Positions 12,117 through 23,440 of a DNA stretch of 64,000 bases are shown here, piece by piece. A program made the position numbers and the translations under genes. Source of the DNA: Mytilus californianus (taxonomy: Eukaryota); contig NW_026262701.1 in NCBI RefSeq assembly GCF_021869535.1, forward strand, positions 84,258,001 through 84,322,000, in the 5' to 3' direction. Each line of letters begins with the position of its first letter. Positions within the stretch are counted from its first letter, which is position 1. The notes under the pieces were generated by a model. It had not been told where the DNA came from. It searched no databases and saw only the letters and a list, made by a program, of their open reading frames with translations.

Positions 12117-13392
12117 CAACTTTGAACGCCAATAATTTTCTAATGGAATGGGCCTAACTCCCAAAAAATCATTCCAGTGTGGCCATCCCCAAGTTATTAC
12201 CTTTCATTTGAGCCATGTCCGGTGGCGAACTTTACCGTACGGATCTGGCGAGGCTTACCGAAAGAATGTAGGTTGTATACGTATTTTTTTCCTTAATAGC
12301 AACTTTGAACGCCAATAATTTTCGAATGGGCCTAACTCCTAAAAAATCATTCCAGTGTGGCCATTCCTAAGTTATTACCTTTCATTTGAGCCATGTCCGG
12401 TGGCAAACTTTACCGTACGGAGCTGGCGAGGCTTACCGAAAGAATGTAGGTTGTATACGTATTTTTTTCCTCAACAGCAACTTTGAACCCCAACAATTTT
12501 CGAATGGGCCTAACTCCCAAAAAATCATTCCAGTGTGGCCATCCTTAAGTTATTACCTTTCATTTGAGCTATGTCCGGTGGCAAACTTTACCGTACGGAG
12601 CTGGCGAGGCTTTCCGAAAGAATGTAGGTTGTATACGTATTTTTTTCCTTAATAGCAACTTTGAACGCCAACAATTTTCGAATGGGCCTAACTCCAAAAA
12701 AATCATTCCAGTGTGGCCATCCCCAAGTTATTACCTTTCATTTGAGCCATGTCCGGTGGCGAATTTTACCGTACGGAGCTGGCGAGGCTTACCGAAAGAA
12801 TGTAGGTTGTATACGTATTTTTTTCCTTAACAGCAACTTTGAACCCCAACAATTTTCGAATGGGCCTAACTCTCAAAACATCATTCCAGTGTGGCCATCC
12901 CTAAGTTATTACGTTTCATTTGAGCTATGTCCGGTGGCGAACTTCACCGTACGGAGCTGGCGAGGCTTACCGAAAGAATGTAAGTTGTATACGTATTTTT
13001 TTTCTTAATAGCAACTTTTAACCCCAACAATTTTCGAATTTGCCTAACTCCCAAAACATCATTCCAGTGTGGCCGTCCCCAAGTTATTACCTTTCATTTG
13101 AGCCATGTCCGATGGCGAACTTTACCGTACGGAGCTGGCGAGGCTTACCGAAAGAATGTAGGTTGTATACGTATTTTTTTCCTTCACAGCAACTTTGAAC
13201 CCCAACAATTTTCGAATGGGCCTAACTCCCAAAAAATCATTCCAGTGTGGCCATCCCCAAGTTATTACCTTTTATTTGAGCCATGTCCGGTGGCAAACTT
13301 TACCGTACGGAGCTGGCGAGGCTTACCGAAAGAATGTAGGGTGTATACGTATTTTTTCCCTTAACGGCAACTTTGAACCCCAACAATTTTCG
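12117..13392 (+). repeat. 178-bp tandem array, left arm (~7.2 units)
   Basis: CAACTTT at 12117, 12300, 12478, 12656, 12834, 13012, 13190 and 13368. Confidence 0.97.
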
Positions 13393-14578
13393 TATGGTAA
13401 AGTTCGCCACCGGACATGGCTCAAATGAAAGGTAATTACTTGGGAATGGCTACACTGGAATGTTTTTTTGGGAGTTAGGCCCATTTGAAAATTGATGGGG
13501 TTCAAAATTGCCGTTAAGGGAAAAAATACGTATACACCCTATATTCTTTCGGTAAGCCTCGTCAGCTCTGTACGGTAAAATTCGCAACGGGACATGGCTC
13601 AAATGAAAGGTAATAACTTGAGAAAGGCCAAACTGGATTGATTTTTTGGAAGTTAGGCCCATTCGAAAATTGTTGGGGTTCAAAGTTGCTGTTAATGAAA
13701 AAAATACGTCTACAACCTACATTCTTTCGGTAAGCCTCGCCAGCTCCGTACGGTAAAGTTCGCCACCGGACATAGCTCAAATGAAAGGTAATAACATGGG
13801 AATGGCCACACTGGAATGATTTTTTGGGAGTTAGGCCCATTCGAAAATTGTTGGGGTTCAAAGTTGCCGTTCAGGGAAAAAATACGTATACACCCTACAT
13901 TCTTTCGATAAGCCTCGCCAGCTCCGTACGGTAAAGTTCGCCACCGGACATGGCTCAAATAAAAGGTAATAACTTGGGGAAGGCCACACTGGAATGATTT
14001 TTTGGAAGTTAGGCCCATTCGAAAATTGTTGGGGTTCAAAGTTGCTGTTAATGAAAAAAGTACGTATACAACCTATATTATTTCGGTAAGCCTCGCCAGC
14101 TCCGTACGGTAAAGTTCGCCACCGGACATGGCTCAAATGAAAGGTAATAACTTGGGAATGGCCACACTGGAATGATTTTTTGGGAGTTAGGCCCATTCGA
14201 AAATTGATGGGGTTCAAAATTGCCGTTAAGGGAAAAAATACGTATACACCCTACATTCTTTCGGTAAGCCTCGTCAGCTCTGTACGGTAAAATTCGCAAC
14301 GGGACATGGCTCAAATGAAAGGTAATAACTTGGGGAAGGCCACACTGGATTGATTTTTTGGAAGTTAGGCCCATTCGAAAATTGTTGGGGTTCAAAGTTG
14401 CTGTTAATGAAAAAAATACGTATACAACCTACATTCTTTCGGTAAGCCTCGCCAGCTCCGTACGGTAAAGTTCGCCACCGGACATGGCTCAAATGAAAGG
14501 TAATAACTTGGGGATGGCCACACTGGAATGATTTTTTGGGAGTTAGGCCCATTCGAAAATTGTTGGGGTTCAAAGTTG
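13393..14578 (-). repeat. 178-bp tandem array, right arm, inverted (~6.7 units)
   Basis: TTCAAA(G/A)TTG ends at 13510, 13688, 13866, 14044, 14222, 14400 and 14578. Confidence 0.97.
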
Positions 14579-14899
14579 TTAGGTTTTCACTATACATTTT
14601 TGGGGGGAGGAGGGGGGTTTTCCATAAATATTTATATTTATATTTTTCAAATATTTCTAGCCCTAAGGATATTTGTTTTTATTGATTTAAGAAATAATGC
14701 ATACAAAATACATCTTAAATGTTGTTTTATTGATAAAACTATATTTTACATAAAGAATTATGCAACTGACATAAGGGTTTATATTCGACAACGAGAATTT
14801 ACGACAGCTTAAATGGGTCATAAAACGGTTTCCGGGATTTAGAAATCCGGTTATTAAGTTTTTTCAGTTACTGACGTTATTGTAGTTGGTTTGTCCAAC

Positions 14900-15206
14900 G
14901 TTCACTTCTAAGTTGTTATCAAAGGTACCAGGCTTATAATTTAATACGCCAGACGCGCGTTTCGTCTACATAAGACTCATCAGTGACGCTCAGATTAAAA
15001 TAGTTAGAAAGCCAAAACAAGTAAAAAGTTGAAGAGCATTGAGGACCCAAAATTCCAAAAAGTTGTGCCAAATACGGCTTAGGTAATCTATGCCTGGGAT
15101 AAGAAAATCCTTAGTATTTTGAATAATTCATATTTTTGCAAACAGTCAATTTATACAAATGACCATGAAGTTGATATTTATGTCAACACCGAAGTGCTGA
15201 CTACTG
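14900..15206 (+). mobile_element. Dispersed repeat fragment (family C) inserted in the right TIR
   Basis: Absent from the left arm. Contains TTATCAAAGGTACCAGGCTTATAATTTAATACGCCAGACGCGCGTTTCG. Related degenerate copies lie near 27960, 38630, 39010-39230 (inverted), 45980 (inverted) and 58260. Confidence 0.8.
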
Positions 15207-16077
15207 GGCTGAACAGCTCTGGTCATTTAGACGCTAAAAAACAATATTTATCGTATTGGTAGCTAGAATTTCTAAAAAAAAGTGGCTGCTATCATTATTG
15301 GTATTTAAAACGGACTGAAATCTTTGAGAATCACTACAAGCCGTGAAATTGTCGAATTCCGCTGTTAAATTACATTTAACTTAGATTTTGAGATTTTTGG
15401 AACGTTTGACTCTGATATAGTTTTTGGGTTTTTAGACATATCATCAAAATTGGCTGCTGGAAAAAAGTGGCTGCTATCTGGATTGGCTGCTAAAAGTGGC
15501 TGCTAGCTTGAGTCTAGTCATTTTGTACATGTGCCTAACATATTTATGTTTTTAAGCATCCCCCTTTTGAAATTCTCAACACATTTACTATAACATTAGA
15601 ATCAAGGCGGTTGAACCGACCTAGGACGAAAGTACCTAGATTACTACATGATTATATTTGTGTACATGTAAATGCCGTTACCTAAATTATCTTTATATTG
15701 GTGCTTCTATTGAGTCGTGCACTCACAGAAATATATCCTTTGCATGTCAGATTAAAATTTAATGAATGATTTCCTAAACTGTCAAATGAGTTTATTTGAT
15801 AAGAAGAAACTATTCCTAAACATGAAAATGACAACACAGTATTTGTACAGCACTCTTTTACCGTTACCGTTATATGTTATATGCATGAATTAGTGGATTG
15901 GTGGCACGTTCTTTTGTGTGTTGATATGAGTTTTCAGTGGGTGTGGGTGTATATTTGTATTTATCATATACTTGTAGAAAATAATAGTATAATTGTACCC
16001 CTTGATAAAACTAATTTATACATATTTTTATTCATTAAATTTGAAGAATTGTCTTAGCCGTGTGATATGATTTTTGT

Positions 16078-16137
16078 TATCAACTGCTTCCGGTATATAT
16101 CAACTGTTTCCGGTTTATATCAACTGCTTCCGGTTAT
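16078..16137. repeat. 20-bp tandem repeat x3
   Basis: TATCAACTG(C/T)TTCCGGT(A/T)TA repeated three times. Confidence 0.85.
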
Positions 16138-16387
16138 AATCGCATGCCTTTCTTTAACGTAATCGCAAAGCCTATTTCGACGTCATTCTGCCTATTCCGG
16201 AAAATAAACCTCAGTGGTACATTTAAGTGAAAAACATAGCTAAGTAGAATAACAGAAGGAATATTAGGAAACAGGAAAATATATTATTAAAAAACGCAAA
16301 ACAAATAATACAATAAATGAATTTTATAAATTTTTAAAAAGCTTTCATGTCTGTATGGCTTCTGCTGAAGTATATGATAAAAAGAAC

Positions 16388-16519
16388 ATAACATGTCATT
16401 TTTCATATCAGACCCCTTATCAGCCCATGGTCAAAATCATCCCTCGAGCCTGTCGCCTCTCGGGCTGATATCTTGACCTAGGGCTGATAAGGGGTCTGAT
16501 ATGAAAAATGCCATGTTAT
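16388..16519. mobile_element. Palindromic hairpin MITE (~130 bp)
   Basis: ATAACATGTCATTTTTCATATCAGACCCCTTATCAGCCC pairs with GGGCTGATAAGGGGTCTGATATGAAAAATGCCATGTTAT. Confidence 0.85.
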
Positions 16520-19500
16520 AATCTATATATAGCGCATTTGCCATCCTACTATGCAGGAGTGCGCTGATATTGAACGGCGATTCACGCCGTTTACGAATTC
16601 ACGTATTTAATTCACGAAAAGCGTAGCTTTGAGTAGATTAAATATGTTAATGAGTAAGGCGTGGTTATATATAATTTGTAACATTAATGGGTGATGACAC
16701 ATGTCAAAGGTTAAACTTAACTATACTTTTCTTGAATTAAATATGTCAAACAAATAATTGAGCTTAATTTCTATGACAAAACGTCTCTTATTTTCAGAAA
16801 ATGAATTCTTGGATCAGATTTTTCAGTAGGATTTGATTTTATGTTTCATTACATGTAAATGAATTGTTGCCGTGATACTTTCACCAAGGTTCAAAATCTT
16901 GTTCGATGTAATCCATGCTGCCTGCCTTCAAAACCAATAGGACGTGCAGTTTTTAGTTAAAGGTCGTGATAAGAAGGAAACGTTTTTAAAACTTATTGTG
17001 AAGGTTTCTGCCTTTCCCAACACGTACCTTAGCTTGAAAATGATCGATTAATAGATGGACTGTTGATTACGTATGGTCCAGAGATAAATATTTTAAGCAT
17101 GCTCAGTGCACGGGGATATGCATTTGAAAAGTGGCGGAAATGAAAAGACTGAAAATCCAGCGATTTTGACACAGTAAAACAAGTATCCACCGATTTATCA
17201 ATATCACCTCTTTGTTGATAGACCACGTTTTTCCTTTTTGTAGCTCTCCTCGGGCGTTCATTTGCTTCAAGTTTATCGAACCATTTTAAATTTAGGGTTA
17301 GGTTTCAAGTTTGGCTAGTGTTAGGATAACACCCCCACCCCCTTTCTTTCCCGAATTTAGTTTTTGATGAATTGTTGTGTATGCATTTTATTTAAATTTT
17401 TAAGGACATTTTATGGTCATTCATCTGATTGTTTACTAGTCCAAGGAGGCGGAGCTAGAAGTGAAATAACAACTTCTGAGATTGAAGTAAGAGCACTGGT
17501 CTAAGCTCCTCCCATTCTTTGCTTTTCTTATGACAAATGATCAATGGCGGGATTGGAGTGTGCAATAACTAAACAAGTGGCTTCTTTTAAAAAAGAAAAG
17601 CAACACGTGAACCCGAGCCCGCTGACTGGTCATCAAAAAATTATTGTTGATTTTTTTTTTGCTGCTTTTGATTTGAAATAATTGACTGTGAACAAAATAA
17701 CATAATGATGAGGTTAATCACTTTTATTGAAAATATGTAATTGTGTGTAGATTCTTGCACAAGTCAATTGAATGTTAGTTGTAAATAGCAAAATGTATAT
17801 ATATACAGCTACTATTTGAATTTACCTTTCGTGGCTTGGCTATTTTATTTATTACTTGGAAGTGTACATCATGTTTTGTTAATCTTATTGAAAATCCCAG
17901 TTTCTACAAACCGGATGTCTAATGCAAATTGCACAAATCAATCGCAATATAAATCTAAGCACTCAGTTTGCTTCATAATCTGGATGCATTTATTTTATCT
18001 ATCATGTCTTCATATTTTGTTTCCTGGATGCCCTCAATTATTCTTATACTCGTTATTGAAGCTGTCTGTACTCATGGTAGATGTTGTATAGATTAATGTA
18101 AAGTCCAATTTCTACGTGAAGTTAAACCCTGTGGCATGCAAATCATAAAAAGGTTTCGTATTTTTTTCTTGAAAGTAACACACCAGCTTCATTGGGACCT
18201 CTTATATACTGCCAATTATTTTGTTCTCATAAAACATCTCAAATTTTAAGGATTTCCTGAAGTTACTTAAATCAATTCAAATATTCTACAGGAATATTTG
18301 GTTTTGAAGAGTATCTTATTTTCAGAATAAACCCAAAAACAAAAAGAAAAGAGAAACAGCTAGAGGTCAGAATACCTTAAGTAATGATGACCATGCTTGA
18401 AAGTCACACGACAAGCTCTTACTGCCGTGTCCTGAATTTAAATAAGGAATGCGAAACTTGACATTCGCGAGTGAAATTAATATTTATGCATGCACATGGT
18501 TTTCTTGCGCAAGAAATAGTAAATAGAAAGCATACGCACTGATACTCTGGATAAGAATACGCATTTGCGTCAACACATATATTAATCTAGGCTAAAATCT
18601 TATGTTTAATAGTTGAATTCGGATGTCAAACTACCTACCTCAAGTGTTTTGACTCCAGATTCATTGCCCTTTAATCCGGAATTTGGATGAACGCAAACCG
18701 ATAGACTGTCGTGTGAACAGGGTGATATGTATCAAGACATGTGTAAGATAGCTTGTCAACGCAATTTTCATAATCGTACCATATTGCTAAGATTTATATG
18801 CTATAAGGTTGAACTATTTAAAACAAAAACAAAAAAAGAATTGAAATTTAATTAACATACATTCTTGTTAATGAATCTTTTCCAAAAATTAAGAATATAA
18901 TATCAATAAACACAAACTATTTACTGATGGACATTTTATTTATCAAATCAATCTCTTCTTATAAAGTCTTACTTTTCACTATATGAATATATTGCTGTAC
19001 AAAATATAAGCTGAAACTTATAAAACCATATTAAAACAGTATAAAATAATTAACGTAGAAATTAAATTTTTTTATGGTTATTGTAAAATATTAATTACGT
19101 ATTTTGTGAGATGCAAGGATTTATTTTTTTCATTCACTACCGTTCAAAATTTAGATACTAACTTATGTGTACGCATCCTAACCCGAATTATTCAGTCGTT
19201 ATATTCCGCTGATCTACGCAAGTAGGACAGATCGATTACGGGGAGGGACTGAATTATTCGGGTTTTACGCATTCCTGCTCATTGGTGCTCATATGTTGCA
19301 TATAATTTTCATAAATGTATTCACTGTTAAAACCTGTGGGCCATAATACACGTATAACATTTTAAACTATATTCTATTAAGGATAAATTTAGTCTCAGAT
19401 TAAACTTAACAATTTTAATGAATATTTTCTTGGTCTGGTAGTATCTATTAATGAAATTAATTATTTTTGACAGAAAAATCCTATTGTTTAATTATCTTTC

Positions 19501-20472
19501 TGCTTTCCGGGCGACCACTGTGTTTCCGACCTAAGATACATATTTATAACAGAAATATCGTTTTGTTAATTTCTTCCAATGCTTTCCGACATTTTCCAGG
19601 CTATGATTGAAATAGAAAATATCACGTAGTAAACGTTCAGCAATAATCGGTTTATTCCGGGACATTATATATTGATAAACTATTCCCAGGTTTATTGTCA
19701 CAATGCACAATAGCACGCTGTATTAAATACTACACACACAACACGTACAGGGACCGTCTCAAAACATGAATTATATAATTCCGTTATTATTATACTTGAT
19801 ATTTAATAAACATTCGCATTATTAGAAACACAAATGTTTGTCAAAAGGCAAATAGGTTCCAATATATAAATGATTTTTGACTGCAATCTAGTCTTTACTT
19901 TCTGATCTACAAATGAACTTTGATTATTGAAACATACAATGTCACGTTGTAGCTTATCCATAGAGGGACCGTATCAAAGAAATAGATAACTACCTGTATA
20001 AATGATCGAACATGTTTGAGAGGTTCCGAGAATCTTGTTTTGGAAGATTTCCGAATGGCCCAAAGAAGCTACCAAAAGGCAAATCATTCAGTTAACGCAC
20101 TCCTCTAAAAATAACAGAACTTAACTAACTCGAAGATCAAAGAAAAAATTACCATTCATGTTACAAGCACATATACTCAATGTTTTTTTGGAAAAAGAAC
20201 ATGTTATTTTTTATAAAGCGAAAAAAGAGCACCATATTAGAATGTAATATTGAATCAATGCATTTTAGATGTACTTGATTTGTTATTACTTTTTTAATTT
20301 TTTTACTTTACTAAGTTAAATATATGCATAAAAACATATATATGTATGCAACCTGTTGCTGCAAAGAGTATTTTCCATCGTTGACAAATTCACCACATGG
20401 ACCTATTATGATGCAGAAATTTAGTTTCCGAAACAATAGTTGGGAAAATTTAATGAAATCTTTAGTTAATAT

Positions 20473-20740
20473 CCCTTATGAAAAGAGAAAGTTTGCTGCA
20501 ACCTTGCGGTAAGGTTGCTGCAAACTTGCTGCAATCTTTTCAGTTTGCCAGAAGACCTGAAAGTTGTTCACCAGTGTTCGCCGCTAGCAGCGACCTTTCG
20601 GCAAACAAATGTAAAAGTTTGCCGCAAGTTTGCCGCAAGCTCTCAGCTTTCTTAAAATTGAATGAACTTTGTAAACAGACTTTACAGCAGGCCCCAAGTT
20701 TGCTGGAACTTCGCCCCAAACTTTTTAGCATGCCTTTACC
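20473..20740. repeat. Cluster of GCGGCAA/TTGCCGC-type short repeats (transposon subterminal-like)
   Basis: Many GTTTGCCGCAA and GCAAACTTGCTGCAA variants in both orientations, starting at CCCTTATGAAAAG. Confidence 0.55.
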
Positions 20741-23224
20741 ATTATATGTAGCTTATATCCAATACTGAGCATGCTCCATGCCCTAAAAACAAACTGCTTC
20801 TTTAAATTTGAAATAGGAGGGAAGTTATTGTTGGTGTTTTCATGTAAAAAGTAAACGGATGTTATATATAATAGATTTCTGAGTTATATATGATTCAATT
20901 AGTTCCTTGAACATGCCATGCATCATTGATCATCTCTTTGTAAGTCATTTTAGACATTTTTTGCATGTTAATTTGTTATTATTGGTACAAAATTTATGTC
21001 AAAGAACCCCCATTTTTGAAAATAATAATTGTGTTACTCCCTTACTGGCCTTAGAGAAATATCATTTTAGTTGTAAACTTAAACTTTGTGGATAATGATG
21101 TTTTGCAGGAATTGTCTTCTAATCTGCAATTTCATATATGCATTAACATAAAAAAAAAGTGTAATTACAATTTTATTTCTCCTTTTTACAATTTTGAACA
21201 TTTTCATGAATGTTTACAGAAAAATAATACCTAAATCTGAGATCATTTTAAAAAAATATGACTATATGTAAAAAAAATTGTAATATTTTATTGTTAAACC
21301 ACATTTGATTAATATTTTATATAATTTTATGTTTAAGGTATATATAGTATATATGTTGTCATGCCTAAATCCCAGTTTCTTTATAATTGACCATTATAAA
21401 AACAGATTTGTTCCTGATTTTTTCATACATTCTGAATTCTGCACTGAGTAAATTAATAGATAAATATGTACCTCTAAAATATATATTTAGTTTACTGTTG
21501 GGTTTTTTGTGCATACCCAACTATATCAGTCCTATTCAGGACCGATAACTCTGTCGATAAATATTGTCGGGTATACAATGTTGTTGAAATCAGAGCAATT
21601 GTATTATATGTCTTTGTTGAAATGTATACAATAACAAATTTTTTTACACAACTTTAACTTTATATCGATTTATTGAATGCCTGGATTTTGCTTAAAATAT
21701 TGAATTAAAAAAATAAATAATAAAATCATATTCAATGAAATCTCGTTTAATTCTTTACGAAATAATACAAAATCCATTTAAATTAAAATTTGAATCAAAA
21801 TATTTCTTTAAAATAATTATGGAAACATAAATATTAGTTTGATTATCTTTTAAAGCAAAAATTATTTTTTTAAAGATTTTTTTTTATAATATTCATATTT
21901 TCTTTAAGTTTATTATGATACATACTTCTTCTGGTTTGACACGGGGAAGAGAAGATATTTATTTGTACAGTTATGAAAACTTTTGTATATCACAAAATTT
22001 AAACTCTGGTAATACATGTATACACAGGATGTTTAATGTCACCTGGTTGCTTTTGGTTTGCACGTCTACCTGACAATATATTGTTATGTAACATTACATC
22101 CAAAGTCAGAGTTCACCTGTTCGTCAAGTGATGGTATTTTGAAGGTATGGAATATTTATCTATAATAATTGTTGGGATTTTTTTCTCTCTTGGGACGTAA
22201 ATATTTTTTTGTTCTAAAAGGAATGTATAAATATATTTCTAAAGAAAGATAAATTATACAGAAAACAGGAAAAAAACCTTTTAAAAAAAGAAGAGCAAAA
22301 ATTTTATTATAAATTTTATTGTTAACTATTTTCTGGTAACAGTATATCCTGGATATCTGTCAAAATAAAATTTTCCCGTGTCACACTTAAAATAATATTT
22401 TTTTAATCAATAAATTTTGAAATCAATCACATCGAAATATCACCAAAGAAAATAACAGAAACATCAGAGATTCTACATGAAAATTAAATTAAATCAAGGA
22501 AAGTCTTACTATACAAATCCTCGATTTGATGCAACATTTCCATATACATCATCCGCCATTTTGAAAAATCCCGAAATATTCACTTTTTTAAATCGATTTT
22601 TGACCGAAATTGCCCAGAAATTAAACTGTTTTAAATAGTATTTTTCGCCAGATATATGTTTGAATATACTTAATCGAGTTGCAAAGTTTTATTTTTATTA
22701 ACGGAATTTCTTTATTTGTTATACAAGTAGACATGGGTATCGGTAATTTAGCATTGAGTCAACGGAGAAATAACGAGAAAAAGTACATGTTTTTACGATT
22801 CTCCAGTGACAGAATTTAATCAAAAATTAAACTGTTAGGACCAACATTGTTTGATAGAAATATGTTTGAATATCAAGGATTGATTTGCAAAAGTTAGAAA
22901 ACGGGTCAGGTTCATGAGAAAACTCAACTTTATTGAAGCACCTATGCATTTTATATGGGGCAATATAATACAAAATGGCGGCTAGTATACGTCACAAAAG
23001 TCACGTGATGTCTGACTTAGTTGGATATGGGTCACAATTTATACTTCTCTCTTTCTTTAAAAATGAAATTTTCATCAGCAGGTAAATAAAGTTATTGGTC
23101 ATAATAATTAATACAATTTAAATTTTGATCCCTATGTGCATGAATGTGTTTTGAATGAGACGTACAGTTTTGAAAACGAATTAACAGAAAGGTTGCCACA
23201 AGGCATCATTAGCATATTTGATTT

Positions 23225-23430
23225 GCCGGAAGATCACCACAAACTATATAAGGCTATCAAAGTTTGCCGGAAGTTCACCACAAAAATTCGCCAGAAGTTC
23301 GCCACAAACTATATAAGGCTATCAAAGTTCGCCAGAGGTTCACCACAAATAGTCGCCAGAAGTTTGCCACAAACTAGATAAGGCTATCAAACTTTGCGGC
23401 AAGTCTGTCGCAATCTTCATTTGCATGATA
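23225..23430. repeat. 65-bp tandem repeat with TTTGCCG motifs, related to 20473-20740
   Basis: AAACTA(T/G)ATAAGGCTATCAAA at 23241, 23306 and 23371, ending AAACTTTGCGGCAAGTCTGTCGCAA. Confidence 0.75.
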
Positions 23431-23440
23431 AAAAGTCGCA

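Larger units (their letters stand above)
11480..15518. mobile_element. Foldback/Mutator-like non-autonomous DNA transposon with very long TIRs and a 9-bp TSD
   Basis: CATTTTGTA at 11471-11479 and 15519-15527. About 635 bp of unique TIR on each side (11480-12116; 14579-15518 excluding an insertion), continuing into inverted 178-bp arrays. Confidence 0.9.

Noticed and set aside
12117-14578. CRISPR-like regular periodicity
   Set aside because: Whole units are repeated with no unique spacers, there are no cas genes, and the context is eukaryotic.
12386-14597. Many similar 60-119 aa ORFs on both strands (MSHVRW..., MNPNNF...)
   Set aside because: They are by-products of the 178-bp unit, which is not a multiple of 3. 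Frames shift every unit and there is no protein homology.
17816-18091. 91-aa plus-strand ORF and a protein-like minus frame (IRIIEGIQETKYEDMIDKINASRL)
   Set aside because: The minus frame has several stops, and I recognise no motif in either.
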